Of a DNA stretch of 64,000 nucleotides, positions 46,666-55,909 are shown in pieces. The DNA comes from Candidatus Altimarinota bacterium (GTDB taxonomy: Bacteria; Patescibacteriota; Gracilibacteria; UBA1369). Within the stretch, counting starts at the first letter, position 1. Every line of letters starts with the position of its first letter. Position numbers and translations under genes: made by a program. The stretch covers positions 800,001 through 864,000 of the forward strand of contig OY782391.1 in NCBI GenBank assembly GCA_963677745.1, written 5' to 3'. Under the pieces are notes generated by a model that saw nothing but the letters and a program-made list of their open reading frames with translations, did not search any database and had not been told where the DNA came from.

Positions 46666-47725
46666 GAATTTCTCCGGACTTTTCGCCGATCAAAACAGTT
46701 TCCTGCAATTGCAGGTTTTGTCCTTCCATTTCCAGATGTGCCACCAGCGAAAGAGTCGTATTGGCCTGCAACTTTTCTTCGGTAAAAATCTCTTCGCCGA
46801 TATAGGGAAGATTGAGAATATTGAAACCGATGCTGTGTCCCAGGTATTTTTTATCCAGATGGCATTTGGACAGTCCTGCCCTGCGTAACTCGAATTCCAG
46901 CAGACCAGGCAGAATATGCAGTTCGATAGCCGGTTTGAGCGCCTTTACAAAAGCTTTGAAGGCCTTTTCCACCAGCGCGTATTTCTTTTGCCAAAGCGGA
47001 TTGTTTACAAAAAAGGTGCGTCCGATATCGGCAAAAAACCCTTCATGTTCCGCCCCGACATTCACATAGACAATATCCTTCGCCAGTATCTTGGCTTTCC
47101 AGCCGAGCAGACAGAGAATGTTTTTCTGTCCGTGAAAACTTTCCACCAGTGTCGGAAAGGCCAGAGCGTCGGCTTTTTTGAGGATCTCACGGTCCAGCTG
47201 TTCAGCCACCTGATCCATCCGCAGTCCGGGTTTGATTAGGCGCGCCGCCTTGTTCAAGGTTTCTGCCAGGATCCCGGTTACTTTTTTAACGGCTGCAATT
47301 TCAGCGGGACTTTTTTTATTTAAAACCGTCCACAAATCATCATCCAGAAACACCAGCTCGGCCGGCGTCAAACTGAAATGCACAGCCGGGGCGGGGCCGA
47401 TAATGCCGACCTTTCTGCATTTTTTCAGAAACCTCGCGAATTCCTGGGGAATCTTTTTTTCATCAAAAGTTTTCACATGGGGTTTATCCGAAAGTCCCAG
47501 GCGGTTAACCAGAAAGTGCGGGACAAAATAGCCTTTTTGCAGCCGGCCGCTGGGCCGGTCCAGAAACAAATAATGATAAAGTATGGGCTTCAGGCCGGTC
47601 AGGGCAAACCCGAAACTGAAATCCTGAGAGCTGGCGCAAATCAGCACAATATCCAGTTTTTTCTGCTGCATCACCGCGGCAATTTTCTGCCATCTGGCTG
47701 CCTGTATGTTTTGGTTTTTATTCAT
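46655..47725 (-). CDS. M24 (Xaa-Pro aminopeptidase) fold protein, degenerate metal site
   Basis: K...EI, G..ADIGRT and GHSIG motifs; several metal ligands are substituted. Confidence 0.75.
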   Translation of the reverse strand: MNKNQNIQAARWQKIAAVMQQKKLDIVLICASSQDFSFGFALTGLKPILYHYLFLDRPSGRLQKGYFVPHFLVNRLGLSDKPHVKTFDEKKIPQEFARFLKKCRKVGIIGPAPAVHFSLTPAELVFLDDDLWTVLNKKSPAEIAAVKKVTGILAETLNKAARLIKPGLRMDQVAEQLDREILKKADALAFPTLVESFHGQKNILCLLGWKAKILAKDIVYVNVGAEHEGFFADIGRTFFVNNPLWQKKYALVEKAFKAFVKALKPAIELHILPGLLEFELRRAGLSKCHLDKKYLGHSIGFNILNLPYIGEEIFTEEKLQANTTLSLVAHLEMEGQNLQLQETVLIGEKSGEILSR

Positions 47726-47767
47726 CCGTTCAATTTTCCGGGATATCCGGCAATTATACCATCAGTT

Positions 47768-49987
47768 TTATTTTGACTCCATTTTATAAACAAAATTCCA
47801 GTCCGGTTTGGGCGGGAATCGTTTCAAAAGTTCACAGCGCCCGGCATAGAAATTGGACAGCACGTCGGCCGGCCAGCGTGGGAAAACCTCTTTTTGGAAT
47901 ACTTCCAGGGCTTCAGCAAACTGTCTCTGAAAATAGAGCGCCAGGGCCTTGTTATAAGCCTGGATCAGCTGGCGTTGATCGTCGGAAAGCTGGTCTGCCG
48001 GGCAAATCAGTTCATAAACTTTAACCGGCTTCTGCTTGCCTTTGGGAGTCATCACGTCCAGGAAACGGCAGGAATATTTTGAATTGATCAGTTCATAGGT
48101 TGCCTCGGCAATCATCACATGGGTGCGGTATTTTTTATTGGCTCCTTCCAGACGTGACCCCAGATTCACAATGTCGCCGATCACCGTATACTGTATGTGT
48201 TGGCTAAAACCGATATTTCCGACCAGCGCCTCACCTGTGGAGATACCCACACGGAAATCGATTTCCGGTTTCTTTTCACCGCCCGGAAGCGGTGGATCGG
48301 TTTTCCATTTGGCGTTTAATTTGGGCAATTCCGCACGCATTTCCAGCGCCGCCTTGGCGGCGCGTTCGGCCTGCCCTGCGGGCCCCTGCTCTTTTTGTCC
48401 GGGTTTATCCTCAAAAAATGCCATCAGGGCATCGCCCTCATACTTATCAACTATGCCGCCGTTTTGGACTATCACCCTGCCCATGGCTTCAAAATATTCA
48501 TTTAAAAGAGCCACCAGCGATTGCGGCTGCAGGGATTCGGAAATAGTTGTGAACCCGAGTATATCGGTAAATATCACTGTTATCTGCCGTTTTTCCCCGC
48601 CGGTGTGAACCTGGGACTCATCACTGCCCAGCACTTGCTCGGCCACCCGGGTATTCACATATTGGCCAAGTGCCCCGGCTACCCTGGTCTTTTGGCGGGA
48701 CTCGCTCAGATAGCGGTAAGCATAACCGGCAATTGCAGCGGCCACCACCGAGAGCGGCGGATAAACCATATTTAAAATTAATCCCTGCGATCTGAACAAT
48801 AGCGGCGCTGCCGCCATCGTATATACGCCTATCAGTATCACCAGCAGAGGCAGAGCCCAGCCGATTTGCAGCAGAAACACCAGCGCCAGCGCCGCCGCCG
48901 CCATCAGGCCAATCGTGCCCACCCGCTCCGGCATGGTCTGATTCCGCAGCCAGGCCTGATCCAGAATGGTCTGAATCGCCTGCGCATGAATCATCACGCC
49001 GGGCTGAGCAACATTGGATTCCAATGGAATGAAATAATTATCTCCAGAATTGAAATATCCTAATCCGATTAATACGATTTTATCCTTTAGGAAGCTCCAA
49101 TCTTTGTTGTTATCATTATGTAAATCGAGGAATGAAATTACTCTGATCGCAGAGTCTTCCTGCTCAAGATTAAACATATTGCTGGGCTTCTCCGAAAAAT
49201 TTATCAGCATTTGAGAATTTTCCAGTGGAATATCCAAAGATTTTTGGCCAGACTTAATAGAAATTTGATTTTCTTTCCAATCAATTGACTCAATTGGCCA
49301 CATACCTTTTGAATACAGAACCGCGACTACCGGTAATGACAATACCCTTTGTTGTTTTTGGCCTCCCATTGCAGGTAACATACTTCTTAACAAATCCGTC
49401 GCATCCTTGTTGAATTTCGGATGAGCCAATAGATTATTCTCTCCAATAAGCTCTGGAATTGGATCTAAAAACTCAACCTGCAAATCAGAGAAATTCTTAT
49501 TTAAATTTGGATCAAACCTTACATTGGTTAAAAGAATAACATTACTAATTTTTTTTATCATTTCTCCCAAGGCAATATCATCAGGATGGGAGAATTTTTT
49601 ATCAAATCTTGTGATCTCTTCCGCAGGGTTTTCCGAATTTAGTACTTTCTCGACATCATCTTGGCACAACCCCTCGCTTTTACTTGAAAAAAGTACGTCG
49701 ATGCCAATTGCCGCCGGCTTATTTCCAGTCAGTTTTTCCAATACCGGCACATAATAAGTCCGGCACCAGGAACTGAATTTCCCGAGCCCGTCCTCACTGA
49801 TGCTCTCGTCATCAATCGCCACTACCACTACCTGATTTTTTGTGGGTCTTTCATAATAAAGGAAATTGGAGAGGTAAAGCTGCTGTTTTTCCAGGGGATT
49901 CCACCAGGCCAAAAGCGAGCTGCCGGCCGCTACCAGCAGCAGGATTATTGTTGCGCCGATCAGTCTGTTTATTTGAGCTTTTTGCAT
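47768..49987 (-). CDS. CHASE2 sensor adenylate/guanylate cyclase
   Basis: VAIDDES, IG.DVLF and GV.IHAQ (CHASE2); three TMs; FTDI.GFT, DKYEGDA and GD.VNL.SRLE cyclase motifs. Confidence 0.93.
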   Translation of the reverse strand: MQKAQINRLIGATIILLLVAAGSSLLAWWNPLEKQQLYLSNFLYYERPTKNQVVVVAIDDESISEDGLGKFSSWCRTYYVPVLEKLTGNKPAAIGIDVLFSSKSEGLCQDDVEKVLNSENPAEEITRFDKKFSHPDDIALGEMIKKISNVILLTNVRFDPNLNKNFSDLQVEFLDPIPELIGENNLLAHPKFNKDATDLLRSMLPAMGGQKQQRVLSLPVVAVLYSKGMWPIESIDWKENQISIKSGQKSLDIPLENSQMLINFSEKPSNMFNLEQEDSAIRVISFLDLHNDNNKDWSFLKDKIVLIGLGYFNSGDNYFIPLESNVAQPGVMIHAQAIQTILDQAWLRNQTMPERVGTIGLMAAAALALVFLLQIGWALPLLVILIGVYTMAAAPLLFRSQGLILNMVYPPLSVVAAAIAGYAYRYLSESRQKTRVAGALGQYVNTRVAEQVLGSDESQVHTGGEKRQITVIFTDILGFTTISESLQPQSLVALLNEYFEAMGRVIVQNGGIVDKYEGDALMAFFEDKPGQKEQGPAGQAERAAKAALEMRAELPKLNAKWKTDPPLPGGEKKPEIDFRVGISTGEALVGNIGFSQHIQYTVIGDIVNLGSRLEGANKKYRTHVMIAEATYELINSKYSCRFLDVMTPKGKQKPVKVYELICPADQLSDDQRQLIQAYNKALALYFQRQFAEALEVFQKEVFPRWPADVLSNFYAGRCELLKRFPPKPDWNFVYKMESK

Positions 49988-50051
49988 GGGTTCAGTTAAT
50001 CTTCAGATTATACCATAAACAGGCAGTAAAGACCATTGTTCGCACATTTTG

Positions 50052-50092
50052 AAAACACCCCGCTGCGACTTGACTAGGTCGGCAGCGGGGTG
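50052..50092 (-). terminator. GC-rich hairpin with T tail on minus strand
   Basis: caccccgctgc...gcagcggggtg preceded by aaaa on the plus strand. Confidence 0.6.
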
Positions 50093-50223
50093 CTGTGCGG
50101 CATTATGCCGCGGGGGTAGTCTTCCGGGCGCCTTCACCTTGCGGCAAAGAGCTTGGAAGCCAAAATGAGTGAGTCCCCGGCGCGAGCTTGTTCAGCTCAA
50201 GCGCAGAGGACAGGATTGTAAGG

Positions 50224-50281
50224 AAAAGAAAGTGGAGCGGGCGGGGCCTGCGAGGAGGGAGGTACAAACCCCGCCCGCTCC
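50224..50281 (-). terminator. Terminator after the myxobacterial-like gene
   Basis: ggagcgggcgggg...ccccgcccgctcc 13-bp stem with T-rich tail on the minus strand. Confidence 0.7.
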
Positions 50282-50295
50282 GGATTGGGTCTGTA

Positions 50296-52698
50296 CTACT
50301 GGCGGCGCCTTCGCACCATCACCAGCCCGGTCAGGAGGCCCAGCATCATGTAGAAGCCGCTGGAACCACCCTTGTGGCCGGTGCTGCAGGTGCTGCAACC
50401 GCCGTCGTCTCCACCGCCGTCGCCGGGGGGAGGGGTAACGGTGCTGCCAGCCGAACCGCCGACAGGACCGCCGGCGTCGCCACCAGCCGAACCACCGGTG
50501 TTCCCACCGCCGGTTCCGCCAGCTGCTCCGCCGCCCGCACCGGCATTGCCCGTGCCTCCGGTGCCACCAGTGCTTCCACCCGTGCCACCGGCGCCCGAAC
50601 CTCCGGTGCCGCCGCTGCCGCCTGCGCCGCCCGTTCCACCACCGCCCAATTCGTAAGGCGGGGTGGTGACTTCACCTGTCAGAACGTTCGCTTCCATGCC
50701 CCAGCCGGCAGGCAACTTGCCCTGCGCGAAGCTGGGAACGGTGAAGTTCAGGGGAGAACCGCCGAAGGACAGACCAATCTGCCCATCGGTGCAGGTGAAG
50801 AGGACTACCGGCCAAGCTTGTTCCTCGGCCGTGTAATCAGTCCCTTCGACTGCCAGATCAACACCGCCCGACCAGGCCAGCTCCCACTTGTTCCCATTGT
50901 CGACCACACTGCTGTGGCTGACGCCCTGAGGAACGGTGACGATCGTGGGCTGGCCCGAGGCCATCACGCCCACCAACAGCACCTTGCCGGCCGCCGCCGC
51001 CCATTGCAGGTTCACTGCTTGGACGGCGCCGATCGGCCAGTATTCGCCGGAGCAGATCGCCCCGGAGAACACCACGGACTGACTGGCTCCCGAGCCCCCG
51101 ATGCTGCACTGTCCGGTGAGGTTTTTGAGGCCCCAGGGGAAGGTGCAGTTGGAGGTGTTGAGCGTGCAGTTGCCGTTGCAGGTGACCGCGCCGGTCCAGC
51201 CGTTGCCATTCACACTGACGCAGGTTGCGCCGCCCAGCTGGGCGCCGTCGCATTCCTCGCCCACATCGATGTTGCCGTCATTGCAGGTGGGGGGTGCGAT
51301 GCAGGCTGAGGTTACGAACTGGCAGGAACCGTTGCAGGAGACATTCCCGGACCAGCCCGCCCCCAGCACAGTGGCACAAGTGCCACCGTTCAGGTTGAGG
51401 CCGTCGCATTGCTCGCTCGGATCGATGTCTCCGTTGCCGCAGCAGGCCCCGCAATCGCCGGGGCAGGTGCTGCAGGTCTCGCTGCCGTTGCAGGTGGTGT
51501 CCCCGCAGGTCGGCGGCGCGACGCAGTTGGCCGTGCCGATCACGCAGCTGGTGCAAGTCAGGCTACCCGTGTAGCCCGCACCCATCACGGAAGCGCACGT
51601 CGCGCCGCCATAATCGCTGCCATCGCACTCTTCGCTTCCCTCCTTGATGCCGTTGTTGCAGACCGGCGCGCCGCCCGTGCAGAGGCTGGTGTTCCAGGTG
51701 CAGCTTCCGCTGCACGACAGGTCGCCACCAGTGAATCCTCCCGGGACGGTCAGACAGGTCTGCCCGTTCAGTTGCACGTCGCACACTTCGCCGCCCGACA
51801 CGAACGTGTCGCCGCAGTTGGCATCTTTGCGGGAGATCACGAAGTCGCCGTTGGACCGCGAGGCGTAGAAGGTTCCCGTGAGGGCTCCCACCGCTGCGTA
51901 GTTGTCGGCGCCCGCGGAATCCAGTGCATTGTCCCAGCCCATCGCGCCGCTGATCAGGGCGCGTGAGTCGGTGCAGGCGCTGCCGTTCCAGGTGAACCGG
52001 TAGTACCCGACGATGCCGGCATTGTCGTAGGTGACGTAGAGGTGCTGTTCGCTGCCGCTGCCCGCCACAGATCCGTTCATGCCGGATGCCCAACTGATGT
52101 TGGAGCAGTTGGTGGGCTTGGTCGCGGTGCTGCCGGCGATGTCCAACGCATAGATCTGGGACTTGCTGTCCCCGAGTTGGAAGCCAGCCACCAGCACCTT
52201 CGTTCCATCCTTGTTAAGCCCAATTCCATTCTTGCTGTAGTTGGTCATGCCGGTGACGATCCACTCTGCGCAGCCCGTGAAATCCGAGGGGCTGTTCTTG
52301 CCAGTGCACCGGTAGATCTTGGACGCCATCGAGGTCGCCAAGATGTAGAAGCCCTTGTAGCCTCCACAACTCAGGTCATCGGGGCATGGCACGAACGCGT
52401 AGTTGAGGGTGCCGGCTTCATAGCCGACGATTCCCGTCAGTGTTGTCCAGACGGGGTTGGTGTTGAAGTTGTCGTTGGTGGTCAGAACGCCGAGCATTCT
52501 GGCCGCCTGTGAATTGTCCCTGCTGCTGCTGCCGTACACGTATACGGTCGAGCTGCCAGGAACTTCGACAACGGAGGAGACAAAGAAGTCCCCGCCGCTG
52601 GTGATGGTTTGCACGGGAGCCGCCTTAGCGGCGCTCACCGTGAACAGTCCGACCAGAAGAACGCAGACGCTTGCCCAGAGGGCCTTGGAAGTCTTCAT
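50296..52698 (-). CDS. Myxobacterial-type Cys-rich repeat surface protein with MYXO-CTERM-like tail
   Basis: Signal peptide; repeats C.(D/N)G.....E.CDG..L.G.TC; GGTGG linker; DDGGCSTC..TM..RRRR; markedly higher GC than the flanks. Confidence 0.88.
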   Translation of the reverse strand: MKTSKALWASVCVLLVGLFTVSAAKAAPVQTITSGGDFFVSSVVEVPGSSTVYVYGSSSRDNSQAARMLGVLTTNDNFNTNPVWTTLTGIVGYEAGTLNYAFVPCPDDLSCGGYKGFYILATSMASKIYRCTGKNSPSDFTGCAEWIVTGMTNYSKNGIGLNKDGTKVLVAGFQLGDSKSQIYALDIAGSTATKPTNCSNISWASGMNGSVAGSGSEQHLYVTYDNAGIVGYYRFTWNGSACTDSRALISGAMGWDNALDSAGADNYAAVGALTGTFYASRSNGDFVISRKDANCGDTFVSGGEVCDVQLNGQTCLTVPGGFTGGDLSCSGSCTWNTSLCTGGAPVCNNGIKEGSEECDGSDYGGATCASVMGAGYTGSLTCTSCVIGTANCVAPPTCGDTTCNGSETCSTCPGDCGACCGNGDIDPSEQCDGLNLNGGTCATVLGAGWSGNVSCNGSCQFVTSACIAPPTCNDGNIDVGEECDGAQLGGATCVSVNGNGWTGAVTCNGNCTLNTSNCTFPWGLKNLTGQCSIGGSGASQSVVFSGAICSGEYWPIGAVQAVNLQWAAAAGKVLLVGVMASGQPTIVTVPQGVSHSSVVDNGNKWELAWSGGVDLAVEGTDYTAEEQAWPVVLFTCTDGQIGLSFGGSPLNFTVPSFAQGKLPAGWGMEANVLTGEVTTPPYELGGGGTGGAGGSGGTGGSGAGGTGGSTGGTGGTGNAGAGGGAAGGTGGGNTGGSAGGDAGGPVGGSAGSTVTPPPGDGGGDDGGCSTCSTGHKGGSSGFYMMLGLLTGLVMVRRRRQ

Positions 52699-52843
52699 AA
52701 TTTACCCGCTTTCTTTCTTTTCCCTAGATGTTTTTGTCCGGCCCTCTGTGCCGCGACTCCCGAGTTTAGCCAAAAACGGTACCGGAATCCAGTTCCGGCC
52801 TTGGCTAATCAGAGGAATACGCAGGTTCAAAGAGCATGCCCAA

Positions 52844-52872
52844 TTGATACCATAAAACGGGGGACTTGTCAA
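52844..52872 (-). promoter_or_regulatory. Sigma70-like promoter for the 50296..52698 gene
   Basis: Minus strand TTGACA-17 nt-TATCAA with TG extension. Confidence 0.55.
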
Positions 52873-52882
52873 ATCCGCCTAT

Positions 52883-54217
52883 TCATTGTTGAATCACATA
52901 CTCCAACGAGGAGTTGTCATTGGGAGCTTTGACCTGCACGGTTTGGCTAAACACTCCGGCCTGGCCTTCGGCGGTAATGATATTGTCCTTGCTGACAGGA
53001 AACACGGAAGGTGTGCCGTTCAGGACCACCTGATATTCCAGATAGGGAATCAAATGGGGGACATAGGACTGATTTACGGAAGGATCGTCATTTGCCTGTA
53101 CGCAATAATCCTCTACCTTACAGCCGGTCAACGAATTAACCACGGACAGCGTCAATACCGGTTTTAGATAGTCGGCATTGTTGATGAAAGTCTCAATAGT
53201 TTTTTGTTCCTTGGTCTCCAGGTTAATCCCCTCTGGCAGCGGCGGGGGATAGCCGTTGGTAAAAGAGTTCAGTACATCAAAAGTTTTCAGATAATCCGGT
53301 CCGCGGTAATTGATTTTCCCCTCATACAATTGGGAATCATTATACTGATATATGCCGGAATCTGCATTTTCCAGCGGCTTCATGGAAACCGTTGAAAGAT
53401 CGGCCTTCTGGGCATTGATCTGCCACAGTACCACCACTTCCCCGCGTTTTGAATCATCAGAGTCCCCCAGACATTTCCTCTCATTTTGAAATCCCTTATC
53501 CCAGCAGTTCAAATCCATCCGTTGTTCCGGCAGGCAGAATTCCGCATTGCCCTTGCAGGGCGTGCGCAGTCTGACGCTAAAATCGCTGAATTTCATCACA
53601 TTGCTGTTGCCACTGTCCACGCCATACAGCGGAATAGTCACTTTCTCGCCCACCGACAATTTGCCCCAGTTGCAGGGATGCTCGATCGCCAGGGGGGGAG
53701 GATCCATTTGTTCAAAATTAAAAAACCTGGTGGGAGAGTCCGGTCCCGGCACCGGGGGTTTGTCAGGATTGCATCCGCCAACTTCCGGCGAAGCACCGTC
53801 CCCGTTCCAGGGCACATTGCCGGTCCAGGGAAATGGAATTATATATTTTTCGTTCACTGTCTTGTCGCTCAGAGTGGCTGTAGTTCCCTGTATCTTGAAA
53901 TTCACGGAGGAGGTTGTCCCGCCCAGGGCGGTTAGAGATCCGGTTTCATTGGCGCCCATCGAGGTGCCGCTGCTGGCCAGTTTTTGGTTAATCCAGAGGG
54001 CTTCCTCCAGACCGGCCTCCGCTGCATAATAGGCCGAAGTTCCCTGCCTGACATTGGAAGCCTGGCGGGAAGAGTCCGTTGCCATAATCGTTACCCCGAC
54101 CGAGAAAAGCACCAGCACGCAGATTATTAAAATGGACAGCAATACCGATAAGCCCTCCGATAACTTAAACAAATTTGTCAGAAACTTTGTTTGGGGCTTT
54201 TTACTGCTATTTTTCAT
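52883..54217 (-). CDS. PilX N-terminal domain (type IV pilus minor pilin-like) protein
   Basis: Basic leader, G|LSVLLS hydrophobic helix, AYYAAEAGLEEAL; ATG at 54217. Confidence 0.8.
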   Translation of the reverse strand: MKNSSKKPQTKFLTNLFKLSEGLSVLLSILIICVLVLFSVGVTIMATDSSRQASNVRQGTSAYYAAEAGLEEALWINQKLASSGTSMGANETGSLTALGGTTSSVNFKIQGTTATLSDKTVNEKYIIPFPWTGNVPWNGDGASPEVGGCNPDKPPVPGPDSPTRFFNFEQMDPPPLAIEHPCNWGKLSVGEKVTIPLYGVDSGNSNVMKFSDFSVRLRTPCKGNAEFCLPEQRMDLNCWDKGFQNERKCLGDSDDSKRGEVVVLWQINAQKADLSTVSMKPLENADSGIYQYNDSQLYEGKINYRGPDYLKTFDVLNSFTNGYPPPLPEGINLETKEQKTIETFINNADYLKPVLTLSVVNSLTGCKVEDYCVQANDDPSVNQSYVPHLIPYLEYQVVLNGTPSVFPVSKDNIITAEGQAGVFSQTVQVKAPNDNSSLEYVIQQ

Positions 54218-54367
54218 GTTTGTTTTGATTACCTGCCAACAGTTTAACATATTTCTGTCCGGGCACAAATTACCACTTCTCGACACCCTCATTTGAATCT
54301 GCTATAAATTTCTCCGTAATTGCGCCGCCCCCGCGGCTGCCCGAATACCCCCTAAGCAAAAGCAAAA

Positions 54368-55843
54368 ATGGCCAGCAAGAAAAAAATCACCCCCCGCTCC
54401 GAAGACTATTCTCAGTGGTATCTGGATCTGATTGAAGTGGCCGACCTGGCCGAAAATTCACCGGTCAAAGGCTGCATGGTGATCAAGCCCTATGGCATGG
54501 CCATCTGGGAAAATTTCCGCGATATTCTTGATAAAATGATCAAGGACACCGGTCATCAGAACGTCTATTTTCCATTATTGATCCCCAAATCTTTCCTGTC
54601 CAAAGAAGCCAGCCATGTGGAGGGATTCGCCAAGGAATGTGCTGTCGTAACTCACTATCGTTTGAAGGCTGAGGGAGGAAAAGTGGTAGTGGACCCGGAA
54701 GCCAAACTGTCCGAAGAACTGATCATCCGCCCCACTTCCGAGACCATTATTCACGATGCTTTTGCCCGCTGGATTTCCTCCTGGCGCGATCTGCCGGTGC
54801 TGATCAATCAATGGGCCAATATTGTCCGCTGGGAAATGCGCACCCGTCCCTTTCTGCGCACCACCGAATTTTTATGGCAGGAAGGCCACACCGCCCATGC
54901 CACCTATGAGGATGCCGAAGCAGAAGTAAAAAAGATGCTGGAAGTTTACCGTGTATTATCTGAGGACTATCTGGCCATACCGCTGACACTTGGACGAAAA
55001 TCGGAGTCGGAAAGATTCGCCGGTGCTCTGCATACCTATAGCATTGAAGCCATGATGCAGGACGGGAAAGCCCTGCAGGCCGGAACTTCCCATAATCTTG
55101 GCCAGAATTTTTCCAAGGCCTTCGAAGTCCAATATGCTGACAAAGAAGGCAAACTGCAGTATGTCTGGATGACCAGCTGGGGAATAACCACCCGTATGAT
55201 TGGCGGACTGATCATGTGCCATTCCGACGATAAAGGGTTGGTGCTTCCACCCAAAATCGCCCCCGTCAAAGTGGTTATTTTACCGATCTGGAAGGACGAA
55301 TCCAAGCGCGAGGAGATGCTGGCTCAGGCCCGCCAGCTGGCTGCGGGATTGTCCCATCTGGGCAACATCAAAGTCGACGAGCGCGATCATCTGACAGTCG
55401 GTGAAAAGTTTTATGAATGGGAGAAAAAGGGCGTGCCGGTACGCGTGGAAATCGGTGAACGTGAACTGGCCAAAAACGAGGTGGTTGTGGTGCGCAGGGA
55501 TAATGGTGAAAAGGTCAATCTTGCTCCCGCCAACCTGACCGCTTCAATTGAAGAAATGCTGGCTGACATTCAAAAATCCCTCTTTGAAAAAGCACTGGCT
55601 TTCCGCAAGGCCAACACCCATCAGATTGATGATTATGCCGAATTTAAAAAGCAAATGGAAGCTGCGGTACCCGGTTTTGTCTATTCACACTGGTGCGGCT
55701 CAGCCGACTGTGAAGCCCAAATCAAGGAGGAAACCAAGGCAACCACCCGCTGCATTCCCTTCGATCTTAAATCTCAGCCGGGTAAATGTATCAAATGCGG
55801 TAAGGACACCGATCAGACTATTATCTTTGCCAAGGCCTATTAA
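54368..55843 (+). CDS. proS: Proline--tRNA ligase (archaeal/eukaryote-like type)
   Basis: RPTSE, QWANIVRWE, FLRTTEFLWQEGH, GTSH.LGQNF; C-terminal Zn site and AKAY. Confidence 0.97.
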   Translation: MASKKKITPRSEDYSQWYLDLIEVADLAENSPVKGCMVIKPYGMAIWENFRDILDKMIKDTGHQNVYFPLLIPKSFLSKEASHVEGFAKECAVVTHYRLKAEGGKVVVDPEAKLSEELIIRPTSETIIHDAFARWISSWRDLPVLINQWANIVRWEMRTRPFLRTTEFLWQEGHTAHATYEDAEAEVKKMLEVYRVLSEDYLAIPLTLGRKSESERFAGALHTYSIEAMMQDGKALQAGTSHNLGQNFSKAFEVQYADKEGKLQYVWMTSWGITTRMIGGLIMCHSDDKGLVLPPKIAPVKVVILPIWKDESKREEMLAQARQLAAGLSHLGNIKVDERDHLTVGEKFYEWEKKGVPVRVEIGERELAKNEVVVVRRDNGEKVNLAPANLTASIEEMLADIQKSLFEKALAFRKANTHQIDDYAEFKKQMEAAVPGFVYSHWCGSADCEAQIKEETKATTRCIPFDLKSQPGKCIKCGKDTDQTIIFAKAY

Positions 55844-55909
55844 TTTACAGAAATTTTAAGTTCTGTTCATTTCGGACGGTTATGATTCTGCTGAATTTTA
55901 GCAATAATC

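Noticed and set aside
50188-51309. 373-aa plus-strand ORF and other overlapping ORFs
   Set aside because: By-products of high GC opposite the 800-aa gene, which has a coherent signal peptide, repeats and tail.
50006-52857. ATACCATAAA on both sides of the high-GC gene as a target-site duplication
   Set aside because: Both copies are explained as extended -10 promoter elements on the minus strand.
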